In this document: positions 48,230 to 58,812 of the stretch, one piece after another
How positions within the stretch are numbered: position 1 is the stretch's first letter
Layout of the letters: each line of letters opens with the position of its first letter
Assembly: GCA_022360445.1 (NCBI GenBank)
Contig: JAKSCV010000075.1
Coordinates: 2,988-66,987 of the forward strand
From: Gammaproteobacteria bacterium
GTDB taxonomy: Bacteria > Pseudomonadota > Gammaproteobacteria > UBA5861
Direction of reading: 5' to 3'
Length of the DNA stretch: 64,000 bases
The notes under the pieces: model-generated
What the model saw: only the letters and a program-made list of their open reading frames with translations
Database searches by the model: none
Told to the model about the DNA's origin: nothing
Program-made: the position numbers and the translations under genes

Positions 48230-49255
48230 TTACGTACGGGTGTAGACCCACTCCCCTTTTTCATTTTCCTCCCGCATAACCTGGCCCTGGTGAATAAGAT
48301 AATTTAAATGGGCAATGGTTTCCCCTGTTGCGAAAGTACTCTGAAAGAAATCCAGCTCTCTGTCAAACAATGTGCCTAACAAGTCAACAGCCCGCTTGCC
48401 GCTCTCAAGATTATTAATCAGTAATTCAAGGCGTTCATCATGGTGCGCGAGAATATAGTCCACACGTTCACGCAAGCGTTCAAAAGGCAAACCATGTGCG
48501 GGGAGTACAATTGTATCCTCCGGCAGTTGGCGCAAGTTTTTAAGGGATGCGTAATAAACAGAAAGCGGGTTCGAGTCAGGCTCAGCCCCGAACACAGAAA
48601 TAATGCTGGTAATCCGTGGCAGCAGTTGGTCGCCAGAAATCAGAATATCTCGTTTGTTTGAGTACAAACAAGCATGCTCTGGAGAATGCCCGCCCCCTGT
48701 GATCACTTCCCAATCTTCACCGTTAATGTCAATGGTATCCCCGCTTTCAATACGCCGAAAAACTCGAGGAATTGCCGAAGTTTGTTCCTGATAGCGAGAG
48801 GCATACGTTTGATTCTGAGGGTCGTCCCGCTTAAACAAGCCGGCTTTGACGAAAAAGTCTACCTCAGAAGATTGCGTTTCCGGTGTGACATCCAGCTGTC
48901 TGAGCCGGCCCTGAAGCCATTCGTCACGGGTCATGATGAGTTCAGCCCCCCACGTATCCGCCAACCAACCCGCCATACCAACATGGTCAGGATGAAAGTG
49001 CGTAACCACAATTCGCTTTAACTGGCCGGGCGCAATCAAGTCCTGGGCAAGTTTTTTCCACACTGCCACAGACTCAGGAAAAAACAGACCGGTATCCACC
49101 AGCACCCAATCATTATGGTCCCTGAGTAACCACAGGTTGATATGGTCCAGTTGCATAGGCAACGGCATACGCAACAAATAAACTCCATCAACCACCTCCA
49201 AAAACTCACCGGCTTTGGGTATAAAATCGAGCAGGTACTTTACCGAAAGGCTCAT
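48230..49255 (-). CDS. MBL-fold metallo-hydrolase
   Basis: The 341-aa ORF has an HxHxDH motif (VTHFHPDHVGMAGW) and downstream His/Asp ligands. Confidence 0.75.
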   Translation of the reverse strand: MSLSVKYLLDFIPKAGEFLEVVDGVYLLRMPLPMQLDHINLWLLRDHNDWVLVDTGLFFPESVAVWKKLAQDLIAPGQLKRIVVTHFHPDHVGMAGWLADTWGAELIMTRDEWLQGRLRQLDVTPETQSSEVDFFVKAGLFKRDDPQNQTYASRYQEQTSAIPRVFRRIESGDTIDINGEDWEVITGGGHSPEHACLYSNKRDILISGDQLLPRITSIISVFGAEPDSNPLSVYYASLKNLRQLPEDTIVLPAHGLPFERLRERVDYILAHHDERLELLINNLESGKRAVDLLGTLFDRELDFFQSTFATGETIAHLNYLIHQGQVMREENEKGEWVYTRT

Positions 49256-49332
49256 TATTTCCTCACCTCATGCTCTTAGCTGAGCTTTTTATTGATTATT
49301 GAGCAATCATCTTTTCTGGGTTGGATACCGGG

Positions 49333-50109
49333 CTAGCGCCCAACCACAACACCACCATCAACCACTAATGTTTGTCCTGTCATATACCGACCGGCATCAG
49401 AAGCTAGAAATACCGCTGCTCCCGCAATTTCATTGGGTTCACCGATCCGCCGCAACGGACAACCAGTCATGGTCTTTTTTAAATATTCCGGATTATCCCA
49501 AAGGGCCCGGGCAAAATCCGTTTTAATCAACCCCGGCGCAATGGCATTGGCACGGATGTTATCTGGCCCATATTCAACCGCAATATTGCGCGCCAGTGCC
49601 ATGTCTGCCGCTTTGGACAACCCATAGGCTCCCAGAGTTGTGTGTCCCATAAGCCCTCCAATAGAAGATACGATGATGATTACCCCGTCTTTCCTCGCCT
49701 GCATTTCCGGCAGAACCATGGAACATAACCAGTGATTCGACTTGATGTTATTAGACATGATTTTATCAAACTGCTCGTCACTGATTTCTGTCATCGGGCC
49801 ATAATACGGGTTGGACGCGGCATTACAGACCAAAATGTCAATTTTTCCCAATTGTGCACGTGTTTGAGTAATCAAATTTTCCAGCGCCTCTTTGTGAGAG
49901 ATATTTGCCGGAATCGCAATCGCTTTTCCGGGCCCCTCACCCACTCTCGCGTTGATTGAAGCGGCTACCTCATCACACACATCGGGCTTTCGGCTGGATA
50001 CCACAACACTCGCGCCCTGAAGAGCCATCTGCTCGGCAATCGCCTTCCCGATGCCCTTCGTCGAACCAGTAATCACCGCAACCTTTCCACTTAAATCGAA
50101 TAAACTCAT
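49333..50109 (-). CDS. Short-chain dehydrogenase/reductase (SDR)
   Basis: The 258-aa ORF has a TGSTKGIGKAIA Rossmann motif, an NAASNPYYG region and a YGLSKAA catalytic Y/K. Confidence 0.85.
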   Translation of the reverse strand: MSLFDLSGKVAVITGSTKGIGKAIAEQMALQGASVVVSSRKPDVCDEVAASINARVGEGPGKAIAIPANISHKEALENLITQTRAQLGKIDILVCNAASNPYYGPMTEISDEQFDKIMSNNIKSNHWLCSMVLPEMQARKDGVIIIVSSIGGLMGHTTLGAYGLSKAADMALARNIAVEYGPDNIRANAIAPGLIKTDFARALWDNPEYLKKTMTGCPLRRIGEPNEIAGAAVFLASDAGRYMTGQTLVVDGGVVVGR

Positions 50110-50257
50110 TGCATCCCCCTACTTTCTAATCGTCCTGAATCTGTATACTGTTTGTTAAGCAAATTCTGATTAACTACGTTATCGTGTTTCACTACCAAAG
50201 TGAACCACTGTACACAACACAATACCGTGCCCAACTGACAGCCCCAGATAACCGTTT

Positions 50258-52111
50258 GTGATGAAATCTTATACAAAATGGCTCCCTTTTATTTTATTGC
50301 TCGCACTAGGCTTTTATTTTTACTTCAGCAGCTTAGACGACAATAGAACAGACAGCAGTCAGAAGCCTGTCACCGTGTCTTACTCAGCGTTCAAAAAGCT
50401 CCTGAGCGCTGGCGAAATTCAACATATTTTGTTCGAAGGGCAACGTGCTCACATCACACTGAAAAGGCCCATACCGGTGGGCGAAAAGCAAATCGCAAGC
50501 ACAGCTTTAGTCAGCTTTTTGCCACCATTGGAAAATCCTGACCTGCTCCAAACAATCCACGCTCAGCAGGTCGAGATCGAGAGCCGCCCAGCGCCCCAAA
50601 GCGGGAATGCATGGCTCAGCCTACTACCCTGGTTGTTGCTTCTCGGATTTTACTGGTGGATCTGGCGCAGGCAAATGGGAGGAGCTGCTGGAGGCAGACC
50701 AGACATCACCGGCTTTCTAGGTCCTGGCAACAAGAAAACTGACGAACTGCCCGATATCCGCTTTGATGATGTCGCCGGACAAGACAACGCCAAAAACGAA
50801 ATCAGCGAGCTGGTGGACTTCCTTCGTGACCCAGAACGCTATGCCCGGCTTGGAGCGGAAGCGCCTCGCGGCGTGCTGATGATGGGGCCGCCGGGCACCG
50901 GTAAAACGCTACTGGCGAAAGCACTGGCTGGCGAAGCGGGTGTACCCTTTTTCAACATCTCCGCCTCGGAATTTATCGAGCTTTACGTCGGAGTGGGTGC
51001 AGCCCGAGTTAGGAGCATGTTTGCGGATGCCAAACAAAAAGCGCCGAGCATCATTTTTATTGACGAAATTGACAGTGTCGGGCGCGTCAGGGGAACAGGT
51101 TTAGGCGGTGGCCACGACGAACGTGAACAAACACTCAACCAAATTCTTGCGGAAATGGACGGCTTTAGCGGCCACGAAGCGGTGATCGTACTCGCGGCCA
51201 CCAACCGGCCCGATGTGCTGGACCCGGCCTTGCTTCGCCCAGGGCGATTCGACCGCCACGTGACTCTAGAGCTTCCAGACAAAAATGCCCGGGAAGCCAT
51301 TCTACGAGTCCACACACGCAAAATTCCTTTAGCGGAAAATGTCGATCTGTCGGTTGTTGCCGCAGGCACACCCGGATTTTCCGGTGCTGATTTGAAGAAT
51401 CTTGTCAATGAGGCGGCAATGATGGCCGTCCGCAAAGGCACGGCTGATGTGGAAATGAAGCACCTCGAAGACATGCGCGACAAGGTATTGATTGGCAGCG
51501 TACGCACCCTGGCTATTCAGCCTGAAGAGCGACACCGGCTCGCTGTTCATGAGTCAGGACACACAGCAGTGTCTTATTTTTTACCGAATGCAGACCCTTT
51601 GTACAAAGTCAGCATCATCCCTCGCGGGCAAGCCCTGGGCGTCACACAGTCACTCCCTGTTCAGGAACGCCACACATTACCCGAAGACTACCTACGCGAC
51701 CGCCTGCCTGTAATGCTCGGCGGGCGGGCGGCAGAAGTCATCTTCCTCGGCAATTGCAGTTCTGGTGCCGATGATGATATCAAACAGGCCACGCAACTGG
51801 CCCGGGCCATGATCTCACGTTGGGGTATGTCAAAAGCAATCGGCCCCCTGGAGGTTCGGGACTCCGAATCCCATCCTTTTTTAGGTCGGGAAATGGCGCA
51901 AAGCAAACACTACAGCGAATCCACTGCGAGCCGCGTTGATCAGGAAGTCAGCAAATTGTTAAAAGCGGCTGAGGCCCGAGCGATCCAAATTATGCAAGAT
52001 CACAAATCACAGATTAATACCCGCATCGTGGAACTGGAACAAAAAGAAACACTGGACCACGACCAAATCGAACATTGCCTGCAATCAGTATCAGACCAGC
52101 AAATCGGTTAA
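50258..52111 (+). CDS. FtsH-family AAA+ zinc metalloprotease paralogue
   Basis: The 617-aa ORF has N-terminal TM helices, Walker [14 protein letters not shown], Walker B IIFIDEID, the SRH, and the zinc site HESGHTAV. Confidence 0.85.
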   Translation: MMKSYTKWLPFILLLALGFYFYFSSLDDNRTDSSQKPVTVSYSAFKKLLSAGEIQHILFEGQRAHITLKRPIPVGEKQIASTALVSFLPPLENPDLLQTIHAQQVEIESRPAPQSGNAWLSLLPWLLLLGFYWWIWRRQMGGAAGGRPDITGFLGPGNKKTDELPDIRFDDVAGQDNAKNEISELVDFLRDPERYARLGAEAPRGVLMMGPPGTGKTLLAKALAGEAGVPFFNISASEFIELYVGVGAARVRSMFADAKQKAPSIIFIDEIDSVGRVRGTGLGGGHDEREQTLNQILAEMDGFSGHEAVIVLAATNRPDVLDPALLRPGRFDRHVTLELPDKNAREAILRVHTRKIPLAENVDLSVVAAGTPGFSGADLKNLVNEAAMMAVRKGTADVEMKHLEDMRDKVLIGSVRTLAIQPEERHRLAVHESGHTAVSYFLPNADPLYKVSIIPRGQALGVTQSLPVQERHTLPEDYLRDRLPVMLGGRAAEVIFLGNCSSGADDDIKQATQLARAMISRWGMSKAIGPLEVRDSESHPFLGREMAQSKHYSESTASRVDQEVSKLLKAAEARAIQIMQDHKSQINTRIVELEQKETLDHDQIEHCLQSVSDQQIG

Positions 52112-52191
52112 GGCGCGCTATCGGGCTTGTCATCAAGTCGTGATGTGCCTGTGATGTAATCGACGGCCAGCCATCTCGCAGGAGCCGTGCC

Positions 52192-52818
52192 GTGTCCACT
52201 CACGAAAAACAATTGAGCGAACAGCCTTTCATCAACCCAACCGCTCAGGTCAGCAAAAGCTGTCAGCTCGGGAAATACACGGAGGTAGGGGCACGAACAC
52301 AGCTGGCGGAAACAACGCTTGGGGATTACAGCTACATTGTTAATGACGCCGAGGTGATTTACACCGAGATCGGAAAGTTTTGCTCCATTGCCTCACACAC
52401 TCGCATCAACCCAGGCAATCACCCCATGTGGCGCGCCTCCCAACATCATTTCACCTACCGATCACGGCAATATGGGTTTGAACTGGACGACGACGAAACT
52501 CTCTTCAATTGGCGCCGCGAACATGCAGTTGTTATCGGACATGATGTTTGGATTGGCCACGGTGCCGTGATTTTGCCCGGTACCACCATCGGGACAGGAG
52601 CGGTTGTTGCTGCCGGGGCTGTCGTCAGTAAAAATGTACCGGACTACACGATTGTGGCAGGCGTCCCAGCCCAGCCCATCCGCCTGCGTTTCGAACCGGA
52701 CCTCGTTAAAAAAATGCTGACCCTGGCCTGGTGGAACTGGCCGCATGAACGATTGAATCATGCCCTTTACGATCTTCGAAATCTTGATGCACGCGCCTTC
52801 GTCAACAAGCACAGTTAG
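52192..52818 (+). CDS. Hexapeptide-repeat xenobiotic O-acetyltransferase (CatB/Vat streptogramin-chloramphenicol acetyltransferase family)
   Basis: The 208-aa ORF is colinear with CatB/Vat, including the catalytic His region (..HHFTYRS) and the left-handed beta-helix repeats (VIGHDVWIGHGAVILPGTTIGTGAVVAAGAVVSKNVPDYTIVAGVPA..WWNW). Confidence 0.75.
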   Translation: MSTHEKQLSEQPFINPTAQVSKSCQLGKYTEVGARTQLAETTLGDYSYIVNDAEVIYTEIGKFCSIASHTRINPGNHPMWRASQHHFTYRSRQYGFELDDDETLFNWRREHAVVIGHDVWIGHGAVILPGTTIGTGAVVAAGAVVSKNVPDYTIVAGVPAQPIRLRFEPDLVKKMLTLAWWNWPHERLNHALYDLRNLDARAFVNKHS

Positions 52819-53113
52819 GGAGCAAGCACCGTACAAAATGCGTGCATTTTCTGCACTCAAATGCACCAAAACAATACACCTCGGGATTTTCCTGCACCAA
52901 AACATAACTTATTTCTATATTGATCATTACTTTTTTGTCACATTGATTTTTTTGAGAAACATCTCCAACTTTTCTCAACAGGCCTCGTCTATAAACTGCA
53001 CCAAGGTTTCGGCTTAAGGATGGACTCGGCGGATGATCTCGCTTCTTTCCCCCTCATTTATCACTTCAGCCAAAGCGATACTCTAAATCCCCCTCTCAGA
53101 ACGAGACTCACAC

Positions 53114-55216
53114 ATGAAACTGGATTATGGAAAATACCGAGGCATTATTGTTTCTATTGCGCTTTTCCTTTTGTTGGACGCTTCTGTCCTTTTGATGAAC
53201 TTTTATATTTCATTTCAAATCGCTCACGATGCCGTTAGCATCAACCTGGCTGGGCGTCAACGAATGCTCTCCCAGCGCACCATGAAGTCTTTGTTGGAAT
53301 TGCAAAGATCTGAAGCGGGCCTGGACGAGCAACAAACAGCCCTGGAAGAACTCAGTGCAAGTGCGGAACTTTTCCACACAACATTGCTTGCATTTGATGC
53401 GGGCGGTGAGGCACCTTCGACTGATGGTGCAATTGCGACGCTTGAAGCGGTTTCCTCCGCAGCGGCATTAGATGCCGTTGCCGAGGGCAAAGTGCTCTGG
53501 TTCCCGTTATACGACAAAATGAAATCCCTGCAGCTCGAATCTTCCATTAACAGCCCGATTTTCCAGGAAAAACTCGCTGATGCGATCCAGTATGGCCATG
53601 AACACAATCTGACGTTGTTGATGCTGATGAATCAGCTCACAACCGATCTGGAGGCCGTTGCAAGCGCACAGGCAACACGCCTTCGTATCATTCAAACCGT
53701 TGGTATCGCTCTTGCTCTGATTAACTTTTTTATCATCATGTTTCACTTTTTACGTCAATTACGAGAAAGTGACGAGAAGATCGAAACGGCTCGACAGGAA
53801 ACACAAGAAATTCTAGATACCGTTAACGAAGGTCTGTTTTTGATTGATACACAGCAAAAGATCGGAGTACAGCACTCTAAAGAACTGGAACATATCCTTG
53901 GTCGAGAAAATATCGCCGGAAAGGCGTTTGCCGAGCTTATGGCTGATTTGATCTCAGAAAAGGACTTGTCCACGACAAAAAGCTTCATCAAACTTCTGTT
54001 TGATCCACGCAAAAAGCAAAAGCTGATTGGTGACTTAAACCCACTCAGAAAAGTTGAACTGCATATTCCCCAGGAAAACGGTGGATACGAAAATAAGCAC
54101 CTCTCCTTTACTTTTACTCGTGTGATGAAAGGCAAACAAATCATCCACATTCTTGTTACGGTCACAGACATTTCTGAGCAAGTACGCCTGGCCGTAGAAT
54201 TGGAGCAGGCTCAAGCACGCGGACAAGAGCAGCTACAGCTACTTTCCAGCATTGTCCAGACCGACCCGGGTATGCTCACGATGTTCCTCAACAGCAGTCA
54301 CAAAACATTCAATGAAATTAATGAAATATTGAAGGTACAGAACAAGTCTACACACCAGTATGTCTCTAAGATCAATCAAATCTACGCCTTGATTCATAAA
54401 TATAAAGGTGAAGCGGCAGCACTGGAGTTAGAGCAGTTCGTTGAGCTGGCACATGAGTTCGAGGACAAAATTGCTGAGCTAAAAGCGAATCCTAACCTTT
54501 CCGGTAATGACTTTTTGAAACTGACGATCAAACTGGATCAGCTCATGGAGCAAACTGAAATCATTCAACAACTTGCTGAAAAAGTGTCGGGGCTGAATAT
54601 TACGGAATATTCAGCGGAACCCAGTGCTACTCACTCTTACTGGGATGGCCAGCACTTTCACTCACTAGCCCAACAAGTCGCGGAACGCCAGGGCAAGCAA
54701 GTGGAAGTCATTTGTGCGGGTTTTAATGATCATGCACTGTCACCTAATTTAAAGGAGACCCTCAACACGGTTGCTATTCAACTGATCCGCAACGCAGTGA
54801 GCCATGGCGTGGAAACACCCGCGCAACGAAAACAGGAAATGAAAGCAGCACAAGCAGAAATTCACATTAGCCTGGTGAAGCGAGCCAATGGTAACTTCCA
54901 GCTCACGATTGAAGATGACGGCATGGGTATCAACCTCAACAAAATCCGTACAACAGCGGTTGAACAGGGTGTCATCAACGCAGAAGAAGCCACCGACCTC
55001 AACAATACCAAAACAGCCGCTTTGATTTTCCATCCAGAATTGTCGACCAAAACAGAGGCTGATGCTGATGCCGGCCGCGGTATCGGCCTTTACGCGATAC
55101 GTGACATGATCAGAAACATGGGCGGAAAAATCTCCGTCAGCTCACGGCGGGGTATCGGATCAATCTTTACCGTGACTCTACCGGAGTATGAAAAATCACT
55201 TAAGGCCAGCGCATAA
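53114..55216 (+). CDS. Membrane-anchored CheA-like histidine kinase: a periplasmic PilJ/NarX-type four-helix sensor between two TM helices, fused to Hpt and HATPase_c domains with no DHp dimerisation domain
   Basis: The 700-aa ORF has TM1 at about aa 10-30, LAGRQRMLSQR (PilJ-N/NIT-like), TM2 at about aa 195-215, Hpt HKYKGEAAALEL, an N-box IQLIRNAVSHGVE, G1 DDGMGIN and G2 GRGIGLYAIRDMIRNMGGKISVSS. Confidence 0.7.
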   Translation: MKLDYGKYRGIIVSIALFLLLDASVLLMNFYISFQIAHDAVSINLAGRQRMLSQRTMKSLLELQRSEAGLDEQQTALEELSASAELFHTTLLAFDAGGEAPSTDGAIATLEAVSSAAALDAVAEGKVLWFPLYDKMKSLQLESSINSPIFQEKLADAIQYGHEHNLTLLMLMNQLTTDLEAVASAQATRLRIIQTVGIALALINFFIIMFHFLRQLRESDEKIETARQETQEILDTVNEGLFLIDTQQKIGVQHSKELEHILGRENIAGKAFAELMADLISEKDLSTTKSFIKLLFDPRKKQKLIGDLNPLRKVELHIPQENGGYENKHLSFTFTRVMKGKQIIHILVTVTDISEQVRLAVELEQAQARGQEQLQLLSSIVQTDPGMLTMFLNSSHKTFNEINEILKVQNKSTHQYVSKINQIYALIHKYKGEAAALELEQFVELAHEFEDKIAELKANPNLSGNDFLKLTIKLDQLMEQTEIIQQLAEKVSGLNITEYSAEPSATHSYWDGQHFHSLAQQVAERQGKQVEVICAGFNDHALSPNLKETLNTVAIQLIRNAVSHGVETPAQRKQEMKAAQAEIHISLVKRANGNFQLTIEDDGMGINLNKIRTTAVEQGVINAEEATDLNNTKTAALIFHPELSTKTEADADAGRGIGLYAIRDMIRNMGGKISVSSRRGIGSIFTVTLPEYEKSLKASA

Positions 55217-55218
55217 CC

Positions 55219-55599
55219 ATGAAGCCAATACTCAAAATGATGATTGTGGATGATTCGAATATTATCCGCTCAAAAATTAAACGTGCGCAGGCGTCAACCC
55301 GATTTGATGTCGTTGCTGTCGCAGCCAATGGCGCTGAAGCGGTCAACCTTTTTACTCAATATCAGCCTGATGTTGTCACGATGGATTTGACCATGCCACA
55401 AATGGACGGCATCAATTGCATCGAAAAATTGGTTGAAATTAACCCTGAGGTTTCTATTCTGGTCGTCTCTGCACTCTCGGACGAAGCAACCGGTATCGAA
55501 GCATTGGAAAAAGGTGCCAGCGGTTTTTTATTAAAGCCATTCGGTGAAGAAAACCTGCGTGAGGCTTTAGAGGAATTAACGGATCATCTCCATGTCTGA
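55219..55599 (+). CDS. CheY-like single-domain response regulator
   Basis: The 126-aa ORF has MIVDDS, a phospho-acceptor Asp context (VVTMDLTMPQMDG) and a conserved K (LLKPF). Confidence 0.85.
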   Translation: MKPILKMMIVDDSNIIRSKIKRAQASTRFDVVAVAANGAEAVNLFTQYQPDVVTMDLTMPQMDGINCIEKLVEINPEVSILVVSALSDEATGIEALEKGASGFLLKPFGEENLREALEELTDHLHV

Positions 55600-56041
55600 A
55601 CAAAACTTACAAGTATTTATTGATGCCGTCGCGCGTTACTTCGATCACACAAGTGATAACGACCTGCGTGTTGGCACACCTTATCTTTTACCGAATACGG
55701 ACCCTATGTCGATGGATTACACTGGAATTATCGGTATCTCCGGTAACCGTAAAGGATGCGTTTATTTCACTGCGCCACAGGCCATGTTACGCCATTTGAT
55801 TTTAAGTTTAGGAGAATCCGATACCTCAGAGCGAAATCTGGTGGATGTCGTCGGAGAAGTGGCTAACACCATCTCCGGTAATGCCAGGCGCGAACTGGGC
55901 AAGGAGTTCATGATCTCGGTTCCTGTCGTTATTTCAGGGCCACCTACGAGCATTCACTTACCCGAAGACCTTCGCTCCTATGTGATCCCTATCACTTGGC
56001 GTGCCTACAGTGCCGCCATTGTGATTTGCCTGCAACAATGA
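55592..56041 (+). CDS. CheX/CheC-family CheY-P phosphatase
   Basis: The 149-aa ORF overlaps the CheY gene by 8 bp and is colinear with CheX (..GIIGISGNRKGCVYFTA..., ..EVANTISGNARREL..). Confidence 0.6.
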   Translation: MSEQNLQVFIDAVARYFDHTSDNDLRVGTPYLLPNTDPMSMDYTGIIGISGNRKGCVYFTAPQAMLRHLILSLGESDTSERNLVDVVGEVANTISGNARRELGKEFMISVPVVISGPPTSIHLPEDLRSYVIPITWRAYSAAIVICLQQ

Positions 56042-56049
56042 AGGTCGGT

Positions 56050-56078
56050 AGGGGTCAAAGTACTACGCTTTGGCCCCT
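56050..56078. terminator. Candidate bidirectional hairpin between the convergent cheX-like and beta-CASP genes
   Basis: AGGGGTCAAAG-tactacg-CTTTGGCCCCT has a 10/11 bp stem, but the flanking U-run is weak. Confidence 0.3.
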
Positions 56079-57458
56079 CTCCGGGACTTGTGCTTCAATA
56101 GACATCTCTTGCCATAACGTTGCCGACAACGTGTCCAAAATATCGGCTTCGCCGTGCACGAGATAAACCGTCGGCTTCGATGTGAAACAAGCGAGCCAGC
56201 TGATGAGTTCCTTTTGATCTGCATGGGCAGAAAAGCCACCCAGTGTTTCAATACGAGCTTTTACAATGATTTCATCCCGGAATAGCTTAATGTGCCGGGC
56301 ACCGTCAACCAGTATCCGCCCCAACGTGCCTCGCGCCTGAAAGCCACAGAAAATGATGGTATTCCGTTTGTTCCAGATGCGTTGTTTAAAGTGATGGCGA
56401 ATTCTGCCGCCTGTGCACATCCCGCTCCCGGCAATAATGATCGCACCGCTTTTAATTTTATTGATAGCCATGGATTCTTCAGGTGTTACCGCACAAACAA
56501 GATTAGGAAGAAACGTTTGCAACGACATTTTTTGTGCTTGTGAAATCAATTGAGTGTCTTTGTTGTCCAGTAAATGAAACCAACGGTCATACAGTTTTGT
56601 CACCTTAATCGCCATTGGGCTGTCAAGAAAGACGGTCCAGTTATCCAGCTCTCCCTCATGATGCAATCTGCCCAAATGAAATAGCAGCTCCTGAACACGA
56701 CCTACAGAAAATGCTGGAATCATCACATTGCCACGCTTTTGCCAAGTTTCCTGCAATAGGGTTTGGAACTGTTCTAGTGTGTTTTCTAAAGAGCGATGGT
56801 TTCGATTCCCGTATGTCCCTTCCATTAAAACCGTATCGGCTTCAGTTAAGCGGGAGGGTGGGTTCATCAAAACAGCATGCTCATTACCTAAGTCACCAGA
56901 AAACACCACGGTATGCTCGTTACCTTTCTCCTGAAACTGTAACTGAACAATTGCGGAACCAAGGATGTGACCCGCATCATGAAAATACAGTGAGATGTGT
57001 TCATCCACGAAGTGCTGGGTGCCATAGGGAACGCCCTGACATAACTTCAGTACCTTTTTAACATCTCTGTTTGTATATTCGGGCTTCAGACTTTTCAGGC
57101 CTTTACGTTTGCGCACTAAGTTCTCGTAATCCAGGTCACGGCGGTAAATCCCTTCTGCGTCAACTAACATGATCACCAGCAGCTCTGCCGTTGCCTCTGT
57201 GCAATAAATCGTCCCATTAAACCCTTGGTGAACCAGCTTTGGGAGTAACCCCGAGTGGTCCAGGTGCGCATGGGATAAAACCACCGCATCAATGGACCGA
57301 GGATCAAAATCAAACGCATCTTTTTGAATGCGTTCAATTGCGTCACCGCCTTGATGCAAACCACAATCCAGCAGCACACGTAAACTACCGGGGATATCCA
57401 GTAAATGACAAGAGCCTGTTACTTCTTGGGCTGCACCATGAAAAGTCAATGTCGCCAT
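56055..57458 (-). CDS. MBL-fold beta-CASP family hydrolase (RNA-metabolising metallo-beta-lactamase, CPSF/RNase J-like)
   Basis: The 467-aa ORF has HxHxDH (LSHAHLDHSGLLP) and beta-CASP motifs, ending in an RNA-specificity-like domain. Confidence 0.75.
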   Translation of the reverse strand: MATLTFHGAAQEVTGSCHLLDIPGSLRVLLDCGLHQGGDAIERIQKDAFDFDPRSIDAVVLSHAHLDHSGLLPKLVHQGFNGTIYCTEATAELLVIMLVDAEGIYRRDLDYENLVRKRKGLKSLKPEYTNRDVKKVLKLCQGVPYGTQHFVDEHISLYFHDAGHILGSAIVQLQFQEKGNEHTVVFSGDLGNEHAVLMNPPSRLTEADTVLMEGTYGNRNHRSLENTLEQFQTLLQETWQKRGNVMIPAFSVGRVQELLFHLGRLHHEGELDNWTVFLDSPMAIKVTKLYDRWFHLLDNKDTQLISQAQKMSLQTFLPNLVCAVTPEESMAINKIKSGAIIIAGSGMCTGGRIRHHFKQRIWNKRNTIIFCGFQARGTLGRILVDGARHIKLFRDEIIVKARIETLGGFSAHADQKELISWLACFTSKPTVYLVHGEADILDTLSATLWQEMSIEAQVPERGQSVVL

Positions 57459-57530
57459 ATCATGCTATCCCTCAAAATAAAAAAGCCACTCGGCAATTGA
57501 GTGGCTTTCCATCTATAACGTTCGTTTCAG

Positions 57531-58685
57531 TTAACTCATTCCAGCAGCCACCAAAGCCTCTTTACGTGCTTTCTTCCAGCCGTCCTGAAAGGCTTTATCA
57601 TCAGATGGCGCCGACTTGTTGTAGTTTTTCCATGCGTCTGACAATACCTTTTCTCGTTTTAGTAAGTACGTTTGGTGAGCATCGTATTCAGATTTCCAAG
57701 CGCCGGCTTCTTTCAGATAACGTATCGTGCCGGGATGAAAGGGCACGCCCCAGTCATAAATCTGCCGCTCCAAAGCGAAACCTGTGTTGCCTGGCGCCAT
57801 ATCTTTGTAGTCATCAAAATAGACATACATGGCTTTAGTGAGATTGTAGACGGCTTCATCATCCGCATCTTTATAGCTGGCCAGTATTGGATAGGGATAG
57901 GTGCCCACTTCGATTGTGTTATCTTTGGATAAGCCCGGGCCTTCTGATGCAACATGTGGGACAATGTGTGGTGCATACTGGCGCATCTTACTCCACCCTT
58001 TTTCATTGGAATGATCAAAAGGAATGTAGCGCAATCCGTGTGAAGAAGACTCCATTTCATAAAGTTTGGCACTGGTGGTCAACGCAAAAACCACATCGAC
58101 TTGTCCATTGATCAGCCCATTCAGAGAAGCCACATAGCCAGGGAACTCAACGCGTTTTACATCATCCCAGGTCATACCGCCAAAAGCCAACCCACCTGTC
58201 ACAATCGCCTCAATCGTGGCGGAGCTCAGAACAGTGCCTACCCGCTTGCCCCGAAGATCTGCAATGGTTTTGATGCCTGAGTCTCCCAAGGTAATGATGC
58301 CCATCCCACTGTCTGGCCGGTTATATACCAAAACTCGCAAGGCTTGAGGACCCCAGCTTTTTTTGCCAAAGATGCTGGTGCCTTCAAACGCAAAAAAAGC
58401 ACCGCCACCAGCCAAACCAAAATCCACTTTCCCGCTGCGCATTGGCGCAAGGCGTGCAACATCATTTTTACCAGGAATGGGGCGCAGGTTAACGCCCAGT
58501 TTATCTTTGAATACCTTACCAATCGAAACGGTGTTGTTATACCCTGAAGAGCCAATCGTATACGTTGACCAGGTGACGACATTAGGCAGCTTGATCTTGT
58601 CGTCAGCTGTAACCGGGTGGGAAAATGCCAGTATAGTTATGGCAACGCATAACAATCGAATAACGCTTTGCAAAGTCGATTTCAT
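57531..58685 (-). CDS. TAXI-family TRAP transporter solute-binding protein with no adjacent TRAP membrane-component gene in the window
   Basis: The 384-aa ORF has a signal peptide and a TAXI fold pattern (TIGSSGYNNTVSIGKVF...). Confidence 0.6.
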   Translation of the reverse strand: MKSTLQSVIRLLCVAITILAFSHPVTADDKIKLPNVVTWSTYTIGSSGYNNTVSIGKVFKDKLGVNLRPIPGKNDVARLAPMRSGKVDFGLAGGGAFFAFEGTSIFGKKSWGPQALRVLVYNRPDSGMGIITLGDSGIKTIADLRGKRVGTVLSSATIEAIVTGGLAFGGMTWDDVKRVEFPGYVASLNGLINGQVDVVFALTTSAKLYEMESSSHGLRYIPFDHSNEKGWSKMRQYAPHIVPHVASEGPGLSKDNTIEVGTYPYPILASYKDADDEAVYNLTKAMYVYFDDYKDMAPGNTGFALERQIYDWGVPFHPGTIRYLKEAGAWKSEYDAHQTYLLKREKVLSDAWKNYNKSAPSDDKAFQDGWKKARKEALVAAGMS

Positions 58686-58812
58686 CCTAATTCCTCCAAC
58701 ATAATGTGTTGTTTTATTGTTCGTTTTGTATATGACTATGAATTAAGGAAAATATAAATAACCTCTTATCGGAAACAAATCCCGAGGCTTGTCATTTGAT
58801 CATTCATAGCGG

